Positions 40,869 to 53,612 of a DNA stretch of 64,000 bases are shown in pieces. This stretch comes from Actinomycetes bacterium (GTDB lineage: Bacteria > Actinomycetota > Acidimicrobiia > Acidimicrobiales > JABEUL01): assembly GCA_021791915.1 (NCBI GenBank), contig JAJYVQ010000002.1, forward strand, positions 434 to 64,433. Direction: 5' to 3'. Each line of letters opens with the position of its first letter. Positions within the stretch are counted from its first letter, which is position 1. The notes below the pieces were generated by a model. It had not been told where the DNA came from. It made no database searches and worked only from the letters and a program-made list of their open reading frames with translations. Position numbers and translations under genes: made by a program.

Positions 40869-41239
40869 TATGACTCCTTTTTTGCTCCGTAACGACTTCT
40901 GGCTTGCATTCTATTTTTCACACCAGAAGTATCCAAAGCGCCACGAATAATCTTATATCTGACACCTGGTAGATCCTTGACCCTTCCTCCTCTTACCAAC
41001 ACTATCGAGTGTTCCTGTAAGTTGTGACCTTCACCTGGAATGTAAGCAGTGACTTCAACGCCACTGGAAAGTCGAACTCTGGCGATTTTTCTGTTAGCCG
41101 AATTCGGTTTCTTGGGATTGTGAATCGAAATTCTCGTGCAGACACCACGTCTCTGGGGAGCACCTTTGAGAGCAGGCGTCTTTGTTTTTGTCTGTTTACT
41201 TTGTCGACCCTTACGGACCAGTTGTGCGATTGTTGGCAC
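40868..41239 (-). CDS. rpsL: 30S ribosomal protein S12
   Basis: [22 protein letters not shown] and [12 protein letters not shown]. Confidence 0.96.
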   Translation of the reverse strand: MPTIAQLVRKGRQSKQTKTKTPALKGAPQRRGVCTRISIHNPKKPNSANRKIARVRLSSGVEVTAYIPGEGHNLQEHSIVLVRGGRVKDLPGVRYKIIRGALDTSGVKNRMQARSRYGAKKES

Positions 41240-41469
41240 AAATACCTCTCTTTAAAATAATAAAAACCCAGCGGGAACATCCATATAAAAATACGGACAA
41301 GCAATTACCGGATATTAAATACTGGACTGTTGCGTTAGAAGTAACGCTAGTATCAAATTATATTTTACAACAAAATTTGATACTCAAATTCAATTAAGTT
41401 CAAAGAGCCAACACAAGAACAAATTTTCTCTGACCATTCCTAAATGGTTGTCCGTTATTTATGTGACCC

Positions 41470-44400
41470 TTAGAATTCATTTTCGGTTTCTTCAGATTCA
41501 GCTACTCTTCTTCCCAGATCTCTTAACCACACAGCCAGCTCTTCGGGGGTCTGACCCTGATCTGAAGACCAATAAGGAAGATGTTCGGCAACTGGAACTT
41601 TTGCTTTATACTTTCGATACTTTTCTACACCAGTTCCTGCCGGAATAAGTTTACCAATTATGATGTTTTCTTTAAGACCCATAAGCTGATCGGACTTGCC
41701 TTCTATGGCAGCTTCGGTCAGTACCCTCGTTGTCTCTTGGAAGGATGCCGCAGACAACCAAGAATCAGTAGCCAGCGAAGCTTTGGTAATGCCCATAAGT
41801 TCTGGTCTAGCTTCTGCTGGTTTGTTTTTCTTGTTGACCAACTCTCTGTTGGCTTCGGTAAACTTTCTGGTATCTACTCTTTCTCCTGGTAGAAAACTTG
41901 AATCGTTCGGTTCTACTATAGAAACCCTTCTCAACATCTGTCGCACGATCAGTTCTATATGTTTATCGTGAATAGACACACCCTGATCCCGATAAACATT
42001 TTGAACTTCGTCTACCAGATACTGCTGTGTCTCCCTAATTCCTCTGATTTCGAGTAGCTGCTTGGGATCCCTCGGTCCTTCTACAATTGCATCTCCAGCT
42101 TCAACTTCGTCTCCATCCTTATATTCCAAATAAGCTCTAGACGGAAGTATCATTTCTTCTTCACTACCGTCCTCGCCAATCAACGTTAACTCTTTAGAAC
42201 CGTTTTCAAGTTCGATTACTCTAAGAGTTCCCTTTTGTCTTGCCAAAACTGCAGCACCTTTGGGACTCCTGGCTTCAAAAAGTTCGATTACCCTAGGAAG
42301 ACCATGAGTTATGTCTTCGCCAACTACACCTCCAGTATGGAATGTTCTCATAGTCAGCTGGGTTCCTGGTTCTCCAATCGACTGTGCGGCGATTACCCCG
42401 ACTGCTTCACCAATTTCTATGAGCTTACCAGTTGCAAGTGAAAGTCCGTAACAACTTGCACAAACGCCGCTAATTGCCTCGCAGGTAAGTACTGACCGCA
42501 CTCTTATTCTATTAATGTTCGGGTCAGCAATAATCTTTTCGACAATCTCGTCTGTAAGTAAAGTTCCTGATTTTATCACCGTCGAATCAGAAAGCTTAAC
42601 TTGATCTAAAAGAATTCTGCCAAAAGATCTGGTTTCCTGATAGTTTCTTTTTGCAGGTTCATCGGGAACCATTTCATCTATCCATATACCTCTGGTGGTA
42701 CCGCAGTCTTCAATTCTGACTATAAGTTCTTGGGCGACATCTACTAGTTTCCTCGTCAGATATCCTGAGTCTGCAGTTCTTAGTGCTGTATCAGCTAAGC
42801 CTTTTCTTGCGCCGTGTGTAGAAATAAAGTACTCCAATACCGACAGTCCCTCTCGGAAAGATGACTTTATCGGACGCGGTATCATTTCACCACGAGGATT
42901 GGATACTAACCCTTTCATACCTGCGATCTGTCGTATCTGCTGAGGATTACCACGTGCTCCAGAATCTACCATCATATCAAGAGGATTAAACTCAATCGAA
43001 GCCAGAGATTTCTCCATAGCTCTTCCAACTTCAGAAGTTGCAGATGTCCAAATCTCTATCTCTTTCTGACGCCTTTCATCGTCAGTTACAATTCCTCTTT
43101 TGAACTGTGATTCAGCTTTTTCTGCCTCTTTTTCGTAACGATCGAGGATCTGCCTTTTATCTGACGGAGTCTTAACGTCCGAAATAGATATTGTAAGTCC
43201 ACTTTGCGCGGCATACCTGAAACCAAGCGTTTTAATCCGATCCAAACTAGCTGCTACTATTGCTTTGGGATAGTTTAAGGCAAGCTCTTCTACGATAACG
43301 CCTATTGGAACATGACGTTTGCCGATTATCTGATTCACAAACCTAAACCCTTCGGGTAAAGCTGAATTAAAAAGCAATCTCCCCGGTGTTGTTTCAACTG
43401 ATTCTCCCACCTCTACCGGATACAGATATGAACTGACATCAAATGATTTACCAAACGTCTCCTGGGATTCAACTGAAAGATCGTCTTCAGTCGCTTTCAT
43501 GCTCAAAGAATGTAATCTGATCTTTCCATTCTGTGGCTTCATAACTATCTTCGCCTGAAGATCTAAATCTCCATTCGCTAAAGCCATTTCTACTTCATAA
43601 AGATGCCTAAATACTTTGCCTTGACCCTTTGCATTTTCTTTTACTAACGTCAAATAGTAAATTCCAAAAACCATGTCTTGAGTTGGCACCGTAATAGGTC
43701 TTCCAGTTGCTGGCGACAATATATTGTTTGCCGATAACATTAATATTCTGGCTTCGGCCTGAGCTTCAGCAGAAAGTGGCAGGTGAACTGCCATCTGATC
43801 ACCGTCAAAGTCCGCATTAAAAGCCGTACATACCAGAGGATGAATCTGGATTGCCTTACCTTCAATCAATACAGGTTCAAAGGCCTGAATTCCAAGTCTG
43901 TGCAATGTAGGTGCCCTGTTTAAAAGAACTGGATGTTCTTTAATAACATCTTCTAATACGTCCCAAACCTGAGGCCTACGACGTTCTACCATCCTCTTTG
44001 CCGACTTAATATTTTGGGCAACTTTGGAGTCCACCAGTTGCCTCATAACAAATGGTTTAAACAGCTCAAGTGCCATCTGCTTAGGAAGACCACATTGATG
44101 AAGCTTTAAGGTAGGCCCGACCACAATTACGGATCTTCCTGAATAGTCAACTCTTTTTCCAAGCAAGTTCTGTCTGAATCTTCCTTGCTTTCCTTTCAGC
44201 ATATCGGATAAACTCTTTAGCGGTCTATTTCCAGGTCCAGCAACTGGTTTACCTCGCCTACCGTTATCAAACAGAGCATCTACAGCTTCCTGAAGCATTC
44301 GTTTTTCGTTATTGATAATAATTTCTGGTGCACCCAGTTCTAACAGTCTGGCCAATCGGTTGTTTCTGTTTATAACCCTTCTATAAAGATCATTTAAGTC

Positions 44401-45543
44401 AGATGTAGCAAATCTACCGCCTTCAAGTTGTACCATGGGTCTTAGATCCGGTGGTATTACTGGAACTGCGTCTAAAATCATCGATTTAGGATCGTTTACC
44501 CTATTACCATCTTCGTCACGCCTGTTAAACGCAGCAATAATCTTGAGACGCTTTATAGCTTTTTGACGGCGTTGTACCGAAAGTTGCTTTCTGCCGTCCA
44601 ATGCATCAATAGCTTCTCTAACTTTAAGTTCTTCTTCATCTAGATCCAAACGGTCCAAAAGCTTAAGTATTACTTCAGCTCCCATTCCACCTTCAAAAAA
44701 TTCAGAATATCTGATCCTTAGCTCCTGCCACAGAAGCTCATCGTCTATAATCTGTCTTGGATAAAGATCTCTAAAAGCAGCCAAGGCTCTTTTGGCGATA
44801 TCAATTTCCTCTTTGGCTCTGTCACGAACGTAACCGATTTCTTTTTCGATAGCCCTCTGCCTGCTTCTTATTTCAGAATCTTTAGCATTCCTTTTTTCAA
44901 GTTGAGCAACTTCAGTTTCAAGTTCTTTTAACCTTTTTTCTACCTCAACATCGCGTTCTTTTTCAAGTTCCATAATCTCTTCAGCCAACTCGGCTTCCAA
45001 ATTCGGAAGTTCCTCATGACGCCTTTTCTCGTCAACCCAAGTAACCAAATTAGCGGCAAAATAGATCACTTTTTCAAGTTGCTTGGCTTTCAATTCCTCT
45101 CTGGCTTCAGTTCCCATGAGCAGGTAAGCAAGCCAAGACCTAGTACCTCTTAGGTACCATATGTGAACAACAGGTGCAGCCAGCTCGATATGACCCATGC
45201 GGTCTCTTCTAACTTTGGATTTTGTGACCTCAACTCCGCACCTTTCGCAGATAATACCTTTGAAGCGAACTTTCTTGTATTTACCACAGTAACATTCCCA
45301 ATCCTTAGTGGGACCGAAAATCTTCTCACAAAATAAGCCGTCTTTTTCAGGTCTTAAAGTTCTGTAGTTAATGGTTTCGGGTTTTTTGACCTCACCGTAT
45401 GACCACGTCCTAATGGCATCACTAGTTGCTATCCCGATCTTAAGCTGATCGAAACTGTTTATTACCGCTTTTGCACTTTTAGGTTCAGGTCTTGAATAGT
45501 TAAATCCAAAACCAGAGATATCTTCGCTATTAAAATCTACCAT
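41470..45543 (-). CDS. rpoC: DNA-directed RNA polymerase subunit beta'
   Basis: [12 protein letters not shown] catalytic motif. 1357 aa. Confidence 0.98.
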   Translation of the reverse strand: MVDFNSEDISGFGFNYSRPEPKSAKAVINSFDQLKIGIATSDAIRTWSYGEVKKPETINYRTLRPEKDGLFCEKIFGPTKDWECYCGKYKKVRFKGIICERCGVEVTKSKVRRDRMGHIELAAPVVHIWYLRGTRSWLAYLLMGTEAREELKAKQLEKVIYFAANLVTWVDEKRRHEELPNLEAELAEEIMELEKERDVEVEKRLKELETEVAQLEKRNAKDSEIRSRQRAIEKEIGYVRDRAKEEIDIAKRALAAFRDLYPRQIIDDELLWQELRIRYSEFFEGGMGAEVILKLLDRLDLDEEELKVREAIDALDGRKQLSVQRRQKAIKRLKIIAAFNRRDEDGNRVNDPKSMILDAVPVIPPDLRPMVQLEGGRFATSDLNDLYRRVINRNNRLARLLELGAPEIIINNEKRMLQEAVDALFDNGRRGKPVAGPGNRPLKSLSDMLKGKQGRFRQNLLGKRVDYSGRSVIVVGPTLKLHQCGLPKQMALELFKPFVMRQLVDSKVAQNIKSAKRMVERRRPQVWDVLEDVIKEHPVLLNRAPTLHRLGIQAFEPVLIEGKAIQIHPLVCTAFNADFDGDQMAVHLPLSAEAQAEARILMLSANNILSPATGRPITVPTQDMVFGIYYLTLVKENAKGQGKVFRHLYEVEMALANGDLDLQAKIVMKPQNGKIRLHSLSMKATEDDLSVESQETFGKSFDVSSYLYPVEVGESVETTPGRLLFNSALPEGFRFVNQIIGKRHVPIGVIVEELALNYPKAIVAASLDRIKTLGFRYAAQSGLTISISDVKTPSDKRQILDRYEKEAEKAESQFKRGIVTDDERRQKEIEIWTSATSEVGRAMEKSLASIEFNPLDMMVDSGARGNPQQIRQIAGMKGLVSNPRGEMIPRPIKSSFREGLSVLEYFISTHGARKGLADTALRTADSGYLTRKLVDVAQELIVRIEDCGTTRGIWIDEMVPDEPAKRNYQETRSFGRILLDQVKLSDSTVIKSGTLLTDEIVEKIIADPNINRIRVRSVLTCEAISGVCASCYGLSLATGKLIEIGEAVGVIAAQSIGEPGTQLTMRTFHTGGVVGEDITHGLPRVIELFEARSPKGAAVLARQKGTLRVIELENGSKELTLIGEDGSEEEMILPSRAYLEYKDGDEVEAGDAIVEGPRDPKQLLEIRGIRETQQYLVDEVQNVYRDQGVSIHDKHIELIVRQMLRRVSIVEPNDSSFLPGERVDTRKFTEANRELVNKKNKPAEARPELMGITKASLATDSWLSAASFQETTRVLTEAAIEGKSDQLMGLKENIIIGKLIPAGTGVEKYRKYKAKVPVAEHLPYWSSDQGQTPEELAVWLRDLGRRVAESEETENEF

Positions 45544-45545
45544 AA

Positions 45546-48500
45546 CTAAAAACTCCCATCCATGGCAATGTACCCATCCATGTCGTCTGAGGATAGGTCG
45601 TGATGACTAAAATCAATCCCAAAGTGATCCATCTCCCTATCCACGTCGAAGTCAAGATCTTTAAGGTGAATTTCTTCTCCAGTGTTAGAAATGACTTCAA
45701 CGTCCAAACATAGCGACTGCATTTCTTTGATCAAAACTTTAAAACTTTCTGGTATACCCGGTTCGGGTATATTTTCACCCTTTACAATCTTCTCGTAGAC
45801 TCGCACCCTACCAGTCACATCGTCAGACTTAATAGTCAAAAGTTCTTGCAATGCAAAGGATGCTCCATAGGCTTCCAGAGCCCAGACTTCCATTTCACCG
45901 AATCTCTGACCTCCAAACTGTGCCTTTCCACCTAGCGGTTGCTGCGTAATCATTGAGTAAGGTCCTGTAGATCTGGCATGAATCTTGTCGTCTACTAAGT
46001 GCGCCAGTTTCAATATATATACATATCCAACGCTGATCGGATTATCATAAGGTTCTCCAGTTCGACCGTTATATAAAGTAACCTTTCCATCGTCGTTAAT
46101 AAGCTTCCTTCCATCTTTCCCGTCGGGGTTTAATTCGTTAAAAATATCCTTAATGGATTGATGGCCACCAGTTCTATCTTCCTCATCCCAATGAGCGCCG
46201 TCAAACGCTGGTGAAGAGACCCAGACTGCTGGAGGAGTTTTGGGTCTGGTCTTTTTAAGTGTTTTCGACTTAGGTATATGTCTGTTCGCCTCAGGCAACT
46301 TCTGCCAACCCCATCTTGCGGCATATCCTAGATGAGACTCCAACACCTGTCCAACGTTCATTCGACTTGGAACTCCCAAGGGATTCAAGATAATATCAAC
46401 GGGAGTACCGTCGGCCATGTAGGGCATCTCCTGAACTGGTAGAATCTTGGAAATTACTCCTTTGTTTCCGTGACGTCCTGCCAACTTATCACCCTCAGTT
46501 ATCTTACGTTTTTGGGCGACATATACACGAACTAGTTCGTTGACTCCGGGGGGAAGTTCGTGAGCATCATCTCTTGTGTAAACTTTAACATCAATTACAG
46601 TTCCAGACTCCCCGTGAGGAACTCTCATAGATGTATCTCTTACGTCTCTTGCTTTCTCACCAAAAATAGCCCTTAAAAGCCTCTCTTCGGGTGTAAGTTC
46701 AGTCTCACCTTTTGGAGTAACTTTACCGACCAAAATATCACCAGCGGAAACTTCGGCACCGATTCTAATAATTCCTCTTTCATCCAAATTTGCAAGTACT
46801 TCTTCGGAGAGGTTCGGTATGTCTCTAGTAATTTCTTCGGTACCCAACTTAGTATCTCTGGCATCAACTTCGTGTTCTTCGATATGAATGGAAGTCAACA
46901 CGTCATCAGTAACTAGCCTCTGCGACAATATAATCGCATCTTCATAGTTATACCCTTCCCAAGGCATAAATGCAACTAAAAGATTTTTTCCAAGAGCTAG
47001 TTCACCGTTTTCAACAGCTGGACCATCTGCGATCAGATCACCTTTGTTCACGTGTTGACCTTCGACGACTACAACTCGAGAGTTAACGCAGGTATTCTGA
47101 TTGGACCTTCTGAACTTATCAATCACAATCACTTCGTTGGAAGATAAAGGAACACCGTTTGAGTCTTTTTGCCCTGGATGATATTCGATATGTACAGAGT
47201 CCGCAGACACATAAGTAACAACACCTTTACCTTTAGCTTCGATCACGTCTCCAGCATCCAAAGCAGTTCTCAACTCCACTCCAGTACCAACGTAAGGAGC
47301 TTCGGGTATCAACAGAGGCACCGCCTGCTTCTGCATGTTTGCACCCATCAACGCACGGTTGGCATCATCATGTTCCACAAATGGAATAAGTGACGTCGAA
47401 ACCGAAACGATCTGTTTGGGACTAACGTCCATTAGATCGACTTCGTTGGCTGACACATAGTCTATTTCGCTGGTAGTTCCGTATGACGAACCAACTCCAG
47501 CTCCGAATTTCACTCCCGCACCCTGAGGGCCACGTCTCACCAATACTTTATCTTCGATGAAATTTCCTTTCGAATCAAACGGAGCGTTTGCCTGTGCGAT
47601 TACGTGCTCTTCTTCTTCGTCAGCAGCCAGCCACTGAATCTCATCAGTAACTTTTCCTTTAACAACCTTGCGATAAGGGGTTTCGATAAATCCGAAGTCA
47701 TTAACTCTTCCATACGTCGCAAGAGCCCCAATGAGACCGATGTTTGGACCTTCTGGAGTTTCAATCGGACACATCCTGCCATAATGGGAAGTGTGTACGT
47801 CTCTAACTTCAAATCCCGCACGCTCTCTTGACAATCCTCCGGGTCCCAAAGCCGAAAGTCTCCTTTTATGCGACAGACCCGAGAGTGGATTGTGCTGATC
47901 CATAAACTGGCTTAACTGGCTTGTTCCGAAAAACTCTTTTATAGCTGACACTACTGGTCTGGTATTTGTTAAGTTATTTGGAGTGATCAGCTCCTCATCT
48001 AAAGTTGTCATGCGTTCTCTTACCACTCTCTCCATTCGAGAAAGTCCAACTTTGACTTGGTTTTGAATCAATTCTCCTACCGCACGAATACGACGGTTGG
48101 CAAAATGGTCCTGGTCATCAACTCTATATCCGCTTTCACCTGAAGCTAAATGCAGAAGATAAGTTGCAGTTGCTAAAATTTCAGCAGCACTTAAAGTCGT
48201 GGAATCCACTTTGGGTTTTTCCAAATCAATTTTAAACAGTTTGCTTATTTTTTCTATTTCTGGGCCTAATTTGCGGTTTAACTTGTAGCGTCCAACATCG
48301 GAAAGATCGTACCTTTTAGGATTGAAGAATGAGTTTTCAAAGTAATTTTTTGATGCTTCATGAGAGAGAGGCTCACCAGGACGAACTCTTTTATAAACCT
48401 CCACCAATGCTTCTTCTTTTGTCTGTCCTGCAAACTTGTCTTTTGAATATTGAGGTCTTAGGAATTCAAAATGTTTTACAAATGCTTCAATAAAATGTGG

Positions 48501-49112
48501 GTCGTCAAAACCCAACGCTCTGATCAAAGTAAAAAGAGAAAGTCTTCTCTTTCGAGCTATTCTTGCACCTGCATTCAAATCCCGGGAAGGTTTATCTTCA
48601 AGATCAATTTCAACCCACTCACCTCTATAAGGATGAACTGTCCCAGTTAGAATAGTTTTTGCATCTTTCCCAAGCTGAAACAGTACCCCAGGAGATCTTA
48701 TAAGCTGACTTACGATAACTCTTTCGGTACCGTTAATAATAAAAGTTCCTTTATCTGTCATGATAGGGAAATCTCCCATAAACAGAGTATTTTCTTTTAT
48801 TTCACCAGTAGTTTTGTTGGTAAAAGAAGCTTTAACAAAAATTCTGGACGAATATGTCATATCCTTTTCTTTACACTCGTCCACCGTGTATTTCGGCGGC
48901 AGTATCTGATCTGGATCTTTTGGATCAAAGCTGAGATCTAATCTGAGATTCCCTGCAAAATCTTCTATCGGACTTATATCGTCAAAAGCTTCCTTTAATC
49001 CTTTTTCCAAGAACCATTTAAAGGAATTTTTTTGAATATCTAAAAGATTGGGCAGAGGCAGTACTTCCTCTAAATTTGCAAATGAAAAACGTTTCCTAGA
49101 CCCTGTGGTCAC
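45546..49112 (-). CDS. rpoB: DNA-directed RNA polymerase subunit beta
   Basis: 1188 aa with [13 protein letters not shown] and the conserved [14 protein letters not shown]. Confidence 0.98.
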   Translation of the reverse strand: MTTGSRKRFSFANLEEVLPLPNLLDIQKNSFKWFLEKGLKEAFDDISPIEDFAGNLRLDLSFDPKDPDQILPPKYTVDECKEKDMTYSSRIFVKASFTNKTTGEIKENTLFMGDFPIMTDKGTFIINGTERVIVSQLIRSPGVLFQLGKDAKTILTGTVHPYRGEWVEIDLEDKPSRDLNAGARIARKRRLSLFTLIRALGFDDPHFIEAFVKHFEFLRPQYSKDKFAGQTKEEALVEVYKRVRPGEPLSHEASKNYFENSFFNPKRYDLSDVGRYKLNRKLGPEIEKISKLFKIDLEKPKVDSTTLSAAEILATATYLLHLASGESGYRVDDQDHFANRRIRAVGELIQNQVKVGLSRMERVVRERMTTLDEELITPNNLTNTRPVVSAIKEFFGTSQLSQFMDQHNPLSGLSHKRRLSALGPGGLSRERAGFEVRDVHTSHYGRMCPIETPEGPNIGLIGALATYGRVNDFGFIETPYRKVVKGKVTDEIQWLAADEEEEHVIAQANAPFDSKGNFIEDKVLVRRGPQGAGVKFGAGVGSSYGTTSEIDYVSANEVDLMDVSPKQIVSVSTSLIPFVEHDDANRALMGANMQKQAVPLLIPEAPYVGTGVELRTALDAGDVIEAKGKGVVTYVSADSVHIEYHPGQKDSNGVPLSSNEVIVIDKFRRSNQNTCVNSRVVVVEGQHVNKGDLIADGPAVENGELALGKNLLVAFMPWEGYNYEDAIILSQRLVTDDVLTSIHIEEHEVDARDTKLGTEEITRDIPNLSEEVLANLDERGIIRIGAEVSAGDILVGKVTPKGETELTPEERLLRAIFGEKARDVRDTSMRVPHGESGTVIDVKVYTRDDAHELPPGVNELVRVYVAQKRKITEGDKLAGRHGNKGVISKILPVQEMPYMADGTPVDIILNPLGVPSRMNVGQVLESHLGYAARWGWQKLPEANRHIPKSKTLKKTRPKTPPAVWVSSPAFDGAHWDEEDRTGGHQSIKDIFNELNPDGKDGRKLINDDGKVTLYNGRTGEPYDNPISVGYVYILKLAHLVDDKIHARSTGPYSMITQQPLGGKAQFGGQRFGEMEVWALEAYGASFALQELLTIKSDDVTGRVRVYEKIVKGENIPEPGIPESFKVLIKEMQSLCLDVEVISNTGEEIHLKDLDFDVDREMDHFGIDFSHHDLSSDDMDGYIAMDGSF

Positions 49113-49389
49113 AAGTTCCTCCGTGAAGATTGTGTGAGTGTGATGAATAATGTGATTTTGTGCGCGTTAATTCACTGGGACCGATAAGCTCGCTGGAATT
49201 TAAAAACACTTTAATAATATAATAGTACAATTACAGATAATAATTTCACAAAAAATACAAATTACTTACTTGCAGCTACATACGACTACGAATTAATTCG
49301 AAAAGTCAAAGAGCTACAAGAACCCGATTGCGGGATAATAATTTGGCTAACCAATTTGTTTTGTGTAATTTTGAATGCTTTTTTAGGTC

Positions 49390-49788
49390 TTACTTCAGCT
49401 CAACTGAAGCTCCAGCAGCTTCAAGCAACTCTTTTGCCTTTTCTGCATCTGCTTTCGAAGCCTTCTCGAGCACGGGTTTCGGAGCCGAATCGACCAAGTC
49501 CTTAGCCTCTTTTAATCCGAGATTCGTCAGCGCACGAACTTCTTTAATTACCTGAATCTTTTTATCTCCAGCTGAGGCCAAAATAACGTCAAATTCGTCT
49601 TTTTCATCCTCTTGAGCAACTTCGCTGCCACCAGATCCCACACCACCAACTGCTACTGCAGCGACGGGAGCTGCAGCCGTGACACCGAACTTCTCCTCAA
49701 ATTCTTTTAACAATTCGCTTAATCTCAAAACACTGAGATTGCCTATTGCTTCTAATATCTCCTCGTTGGTCAATTCTTTTGTTGCCAT
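49390..49788 (-). CDS. rplL: 50S ribosomal protein L7/L12
   Basis: Ala/Gly hinge followed by [23 protein letters not shown]. Confidence 0.96.
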   Translation of the reverse strand: MATKELTNEEILEAIGNLSVLRLSELLKEFEEKFGVTAAAPVAAVAVGGVGSGGSEVAQEDEKDEFDVILASAGDKKIQVIKEVRALTNLGLKEAKDLVDSAPKPVLEKASKADAEKAKELLEAAGASVELK

Positions 49789-49869
49789 ATTTTCTCCTTA
49801 TTTTTTATACTTTTTATTTTTTACTCGAATACTTGTTTGAAATAAATTTATATTTGCCTTTTTATACTC

Positions 49870-49909
49870 GCTTGTTTATATTTGCTTGTTTATATTTGAC
49901 TGTTTATTA
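49870..49909. repeat. intergenic tandem repeat, 14-bp unit x about 2.8 (gcttgtttatattt)
   Basis: Direct reading of the rplJ-rplL spacer. Confidence 0.75.
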
Positions 49910-49974
49910 CCTAGATTTATCTTGTAGGTTCATCTGCAAAATATAAACTAAATGCCCTATAGTTTCATTAAATT

Positions 49975-50532
49975 TTAAACTTCCTTAGATTTTTTATCTA
50001 CCAAAGCTTTCAAACCATATGCAAAATCTCTGGGGAGAGCTGACAAAACAGAAGCCATTTTAGACAGCGGAGCAGATAATCCTCCGGCAAGTTTTGCCAA
50101 CAGTACTTCTCTGGATTCTATACTGGCAAGCTGATTGGCCTCTGAAGTGCTAATGGAACGACCTTCCATTACACCACCTTTTATAATCAGCGCCTCGTTT
50201 GACTTTGAAAAATCCTTAAGTACCTTGGCAATAGAAACTATATCGTTTTCAGTAAATGCCAATCCGGTCGGTCCAGAGAAGAGTTCATCTAAACCTTCGA
50301 TAGATTTGACTTCAACTGCTCTTTTGACCAGAGTATTTTTATAAATTTTGTAATGTCCGCCCGCATTTAAAAGTTGCTGCCTCAAATCTTCTAATTCGCT
50401 TACCTTTAGCCCCCTATATTCGGTAAATATTACTCCGTTTGAGTTTTCGAATTTTGACACTAGCTCTTCAACTTGATTAACTTTTTGGTGGTTAATGCGT
50501 TTGTCTTCAGATTCTTTCATATACTTTTCCAA
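49975..50532 (-). CDS. rplJ: 50S ribosomal protein L10
   Basis: FTEYRGLKVSELEDLRQQL motif. It is paired with rplL. Confidence 0.94.
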   Translation of the reverse strand: MEKYMKESEDKRINHQKVNQVEELVSKFENSNGVIFTEYRGLKVSELEDLRQQLLNAGGHYKIYKNTLVKRAVEVKSIEGLDELFSGPTGLAFTENDIVSIAKVLKDFSKSNEALIIKGGVMEGRSISTSEANQLASIESREVLLAKLAGGLSAPLSKMASVLSALPRDFAYGLKALVDKKSKEV

Positions 50533-50586
50533 TTAAATTTAAGTTATTTAACAGACGATTTACTTTGGATAGATTTAACTAACGTC

Positions 50587-50628
50587 TACAAATTAACTAT
50601 CACAAATTAATTAACACAAATTAATTAC
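50587..50628. repeat. intergenic tandem repeat, 14-bp unit x3 (cacaaattaatta-type)
   Basis: Direct reading, 55 nt upstream of the rplJ start. Confidence 0.8.
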
Positions 50629-50639
50629 CAAAGAACCCC

Positions 50640-50720
50640 ACGGAAACAATCAGTTGACTGTGTTTGAACCCCTACTTAGGAATTAATTTAAGCTAACAGC
50701 TCCTAAGGTCTTCGGTTAAG
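50640..50720 (-). promoter_or_regulatory. candidate L10 (rplJ) leader-like structured 5' UTR
   Basis: The minus strand reads CCGAAGACCTTAGGAGCTGTTAGC...TTCCTAAGTAGGGG. It can form a 7-bp CTTAGGA/TCCTAAG stem enclosing a small GCT-GTT-AGC hairpin. Its position matches known rplJ leaders. No covariance test was possible. Confidence 0.3.
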
Positions 50721-50997
50721 ATTATAGTTTAGCACATCCAATAACACTCTTTTTTTTAATTTTTTCACGGTACCACTAATAAATTTTCAGTTGACTTTTC
50801 AGGCAACTTATTTTCAGACAAGATATTTATATTCCACTTTGTTACATCGTCCTTGTTACATCGTCTGACTTTAGCACTTGTAGCTTAAATAGTGACCAGT
50901 CGTTCATAAAACAACTATGCTAAAATTGGACCCACAGACCAAATATTTCTTGTCTACGCCAAAATCTCTTAGTTAGACAACTCTACAATTAAGTTGG

Positions 50998-51723
50998 TCA
51001 GGCAGTTAAATCCAAGTCTTCGTCGGTCAATTTTAACCTGTTCGTATCAACTTTAATACCTGGCCCCATAGACGAACATAACGTAACCGCCCTAAAATAT
51101 CTACCTTTTGCAGATGCAGGCTTTACTCTTGAAATTTCATCGATAACTGCCCGAAAATTTTCCATAATTGCCGAGGTATCAAACGACACTTTTCCTAAAA
51201 TCACGTGTACGTTACCAACTCTGTCAGTCCTATATTCGACTCGTCCTGACTTAAATTCCTTAACTGCCTTTCCGACATCGTTAGTTACTGTACCAGTTTT
51301 GGGATTCGGCATCAAACCCTTAGGACCTAATATTTTACCTAACTTTCCTACCTGAACCATTAGATCTGGAGTAGCGACAGCAATATCAAAATCTGTGAAA
51401 TTTTCATTCTGTACCTTAGCAACCAAATCATCAGCACCCACATAATCTGCACCTGAAGCTCTGGCTTCATCTGCAGCTTCTGCGGCAGCGAATACTGCAA
51501 CTTTGGCTACCTTGCCAGAACCAGACGGCAATACTATAGTTCCACGTAACATTTGATCGGACTTTCTCGGATCTACCCCCAATCGCATCGCAATTTCGAT
51601 TGATTCATCAAACTTAGCGGTAGCAAGTTCTTTAACTAACTTAATCGCTTCGACCGGACTATAAAGTGATTCTTTTTCGAACTTGCCTTCCATAGCTTTT
51701 AATCTCTTGGTTTTAACTGTCAT
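50998..51723 (-). CDS. rplA: 50S ribosomal protein L1
   Basis: [15 protein letters not shown] and [15 protein letters not shown] motifs. Confidence 0.96.
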   Translation of the reverse strand: MTVKTKRLKAMEGKFEKESLYSPVEAIKLVKELATAKFDESIEIAMRLGVDPRKSDQMLRGTIVLPSGSGKVAKVAVFAAAEAADEARASGADYVGADDLVAKVQNENFTDFDIAVATPDLMVQVGKLGKILGPKGLMPNPKTGTVTNDVGKAVKEFKSGRVEYRTDRVGNVHVILGKVSFDTSAIMENFRAVIDEISRVKPASAKGRYFRAVTLCSSMGPGIKVDTNRLKLTDEDLDLTA

Positions 51724-51728
51724 ATTAC

Positions 51729-52160
51729 TTAGGCTCCCGCTACCTTTATTCCCATTGACCTTGCAGTACCTTCCACCTGTTTACAAGCTGCTTGAATATC
51801 TCTTGCGTTCAAGTCAGGCATTTTAAGTTTGGCTATCTCTTCAATTTGCTCGGAGGTAACCGATCCCACCGTTGATCTACCTGTTGTAGATGCTCCTTTC
51901 TCGATCCCCGCAAACTGTCGCAACAAGGCTGGAGTTGGAGGGGTCTTTAAAACGAAGGTGAAACTGCGATCATCAAAAATCGATATGTCAACTGGTATTA
52001 TTGTTCCCTTTTGAGATTCAGTTGCTTCATTATACTGTTTACAGAACTCCATCGTCTGTATTCCGTGAGGTCCCAATGCAGTACCTACAGGAGGGGCAGG
52101 AGTAGCCTGTCCCGCTGGCAACTGAATTTTTACTACTGCTATTAACTTCTTTTTTGCCAT
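51729..52160 (-). CDS. rplK: 50S ribosomal protein L11
   Basis: [24 protein letters not shown] motif. Confidence 0.96.
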   Translation of the reverse strand: MAKKKLIAVVKIQLPAGQATPAPPVGTALGPHGIQTMEFCKQYNEATESQKGTIIPVDISIFDDRSFTFVLKTPPTPALLRQFAGIEKGASTTGRSTVGSVTSEQIEEIAKLKMPDLNARDIQAACKQVEGTARSMGIKVAGA

Positions 52161-52250
52161 AAACTGTTTCCTTTAAAATTACTCTTTACCTAAAATATCC
52201 TGTTACAAACTATCCTGCGACAATTTAAAATTAAGCTAAATTATCCAAGC

Positions 52251-52296
52251 CAAATTATTATCTAAGTCAAATTATTATCTAAGTCAAATTATTCAT
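52251..52296. repeat. intergenic tandem repeat, 17-bp unit x about 2.7 (caaattattatctaagt)
   Basis: Direct reading of the nusG-rplK spacer. Confidence 0.85.
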
Positions 52297-52361
52297 TGCC
52301 TATTTAGTATTAACTAAATTTGGAAAATCGCAATTCTAAGATAACATCTTCGATATAACTA

Positions 52362-52402
52362 ACTTTTTTCTTTGACTTTTTTCTTTGACTTTTTTCTTTG
52401 AC
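52362..52402. repeat. intergenic tandem repeat, 13-bp unit x3 (acttttttctttg)
   Basis: Direct reading of the nusG-rplK spacer. Its core is related to the repeat at 53613-53651. Confidence 0.9.
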
Positions 52403-52441
52403 AGATCTACCGAAATCCTAAACTCAAATCCCTTATTAAGT

Positions 52442-53272
52442 TTACAGCTTTACAACCTGAGAAAATTCAAGCTCAACTGGTGTCTCTCTTCCAAAAATAT
52501 TCACCAGTACCTGTAACTTCAGCTGATCTTCGTTAATTTCAGCAATTTGCCCAGAAAAGTCCGCAAACGGCCCTTCTTTTACTCTTACCGTTTGTCCAAT
52601 TTCATAAATTAATTTTGCTTTAGAACGTAGCTTAGAATCCTGATCTTCTCGGACTTTCAATATGGTCTCGACCTCATTTTTTGAAAGTCTACTCGGAGTA
52701 TTACCAGCACCGACGAATCCTGTAACCCCTGGAGTTCGTCTTATTACTTCGAAAGCTTCTGAGTCATCGTCGCTTCTAACAAGAATATACCCTGGAAATA
52801 CTTTTCTGCTTACAGTATACTTTTTCCCTGATTTAACTTCCACTGCGTCTTCCATGGGAATCACAATTTCATAAATTTTGTCCGCCATTTGCAGAGATTC
52901 TCGTCGTGTTTCTAAATTCGACTTTACTTTTTTTTCATAACCTGCATAAGTATGCACAACATACCAGTTTCCAGGTCTATCATACGGGCTCTGTTGGTAG
53001 TTTGTTTTATTTTCCTCCAACTCTGATTCTTCAAATTCCAATTCATTGTCGGCAGCATCTAAAACGGCGTCTACAGCAGTATCGATTACGTTAGAAAATA
53101 AATCTGGATTTTCATCGGTAGTAATTTCAGAATGATCCACTTGACTAATTCCCGTCTGACCAACATACTCATCTTCGACTATCTCTTCATTTTCTTCTTG
53201 AACTAACTCACTATCTTCAACCATGCCGAAGATCTGAGTCTGTTCACCTAAGTTCGCATCTGAATCCATCAT
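52442..53272 (-). CDS. nusG: transcription termination/antitermination factor NusG with an acidic N-terminal extension
   Basis: NGN domain (WYVVHTYAGYEKKV) and KOW motif (GQTVRVKEGPFADFSGQIAEIN). The start is reassigned to the ATGATG at 53272/53269, just after a GAGGT that overlaps the secE stop. Confidence 0.92.
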   Translation of the reverse strand: MMDSDANLGEQTQIFGMVEDSELVQEENEEIVEDEYVGQTGISQVDHSEITTDENPDLFSNVIDTAVDAVLDAADNELEFEESELEENKTNYQQSPYDRPGNWYVVHTYAGYEKKVKSNLETRRESLQMADKIYEIVIPMEDAVEVKSGKKYTVSRKVFPGYILVRSDDDSEAFEVIRRTPGVTGFVGAGNTPSRLSKNEVETILKVREDQDSKLRSKAKLIYEIGQTVRVKEGPFADFSGQIAEINEDQLKLQVLVNIFGRETPVELEFSQVVKL

Positions 53273-53276
53273 TACC

Positions 53277-53594
53277 TCAACTATTAAACAACATTTGGAC
53301 AACTTTAATAAATCCGTAATCGAGCCCAAATATTAGTGCACCAATTATCACAACTGACATCAACACAATAGTGCTGTAACTGGTAACTTCTGGACGATTT
53401 GGCCAAACAACTTTTTTCAATTCAGCCCTAACTTCATCTTTGAATTGAACCAATCTTGAAATTATTGAACCTGTACTCTTAACTTCAGGTTTTGGCTTTC
53501 CTGTCTTGGGCACACGCGGTTGGGGTGCGATCATCTCACCGGATTTATCAATCGTCCCCTGCTTTTGCATTATTCGTCTCTGTTCACGATTCAC
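53277..53594 (-). CDS. secE: preprotein translocase subunit SecE
   Basis: FKDEVRAELKKVVWP followed by a single C-terminal TM segment. Canonical position between tRNA-Trp and nusG, with a GTG start. Confidence 0.88.
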   Translation of the reverse strand: MNREQRRIMQKQGTIDKSGEMIAPQPRVPKTGKPKPEVKSTGSIISRLVQFKDEVRAELKKVVWPNRPEVTSYSTIVLMSVVIIGALIFGLDYGFIKVVQMLFNS

Positions 53595-53612
53595 TAATGT
53601 TACCTCTTACTG

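Noticed and set aside
41002-41304. Minus-strand 100-aa ORF overlapping rpsL in another frame
   Set aside because: rpsL (S12) is unambiguous in its own frame. The alternative-frame product has no recognisable features.
41240-41469. AT-rich 10-bp-stem hairpin (GTATCAAATT...AATTTGATAC, about 41351-41384) and other small hairpins in the rpoC-rpsL spacer as terminators
   Set aside because: No U-tract follows any of them on the minus strand. In AT-rich sequence such stems arise easily, so the evidence is insufficient for a call.
46130-47821. Short minus- and plus-strand ORFs nested in rpoB (46130-46324, 46673-46867, 47169-47393, 47600-47831)
   Set aside because: These are alternative-frame or antisense ORFs inside a 1188-aa conserved gene.
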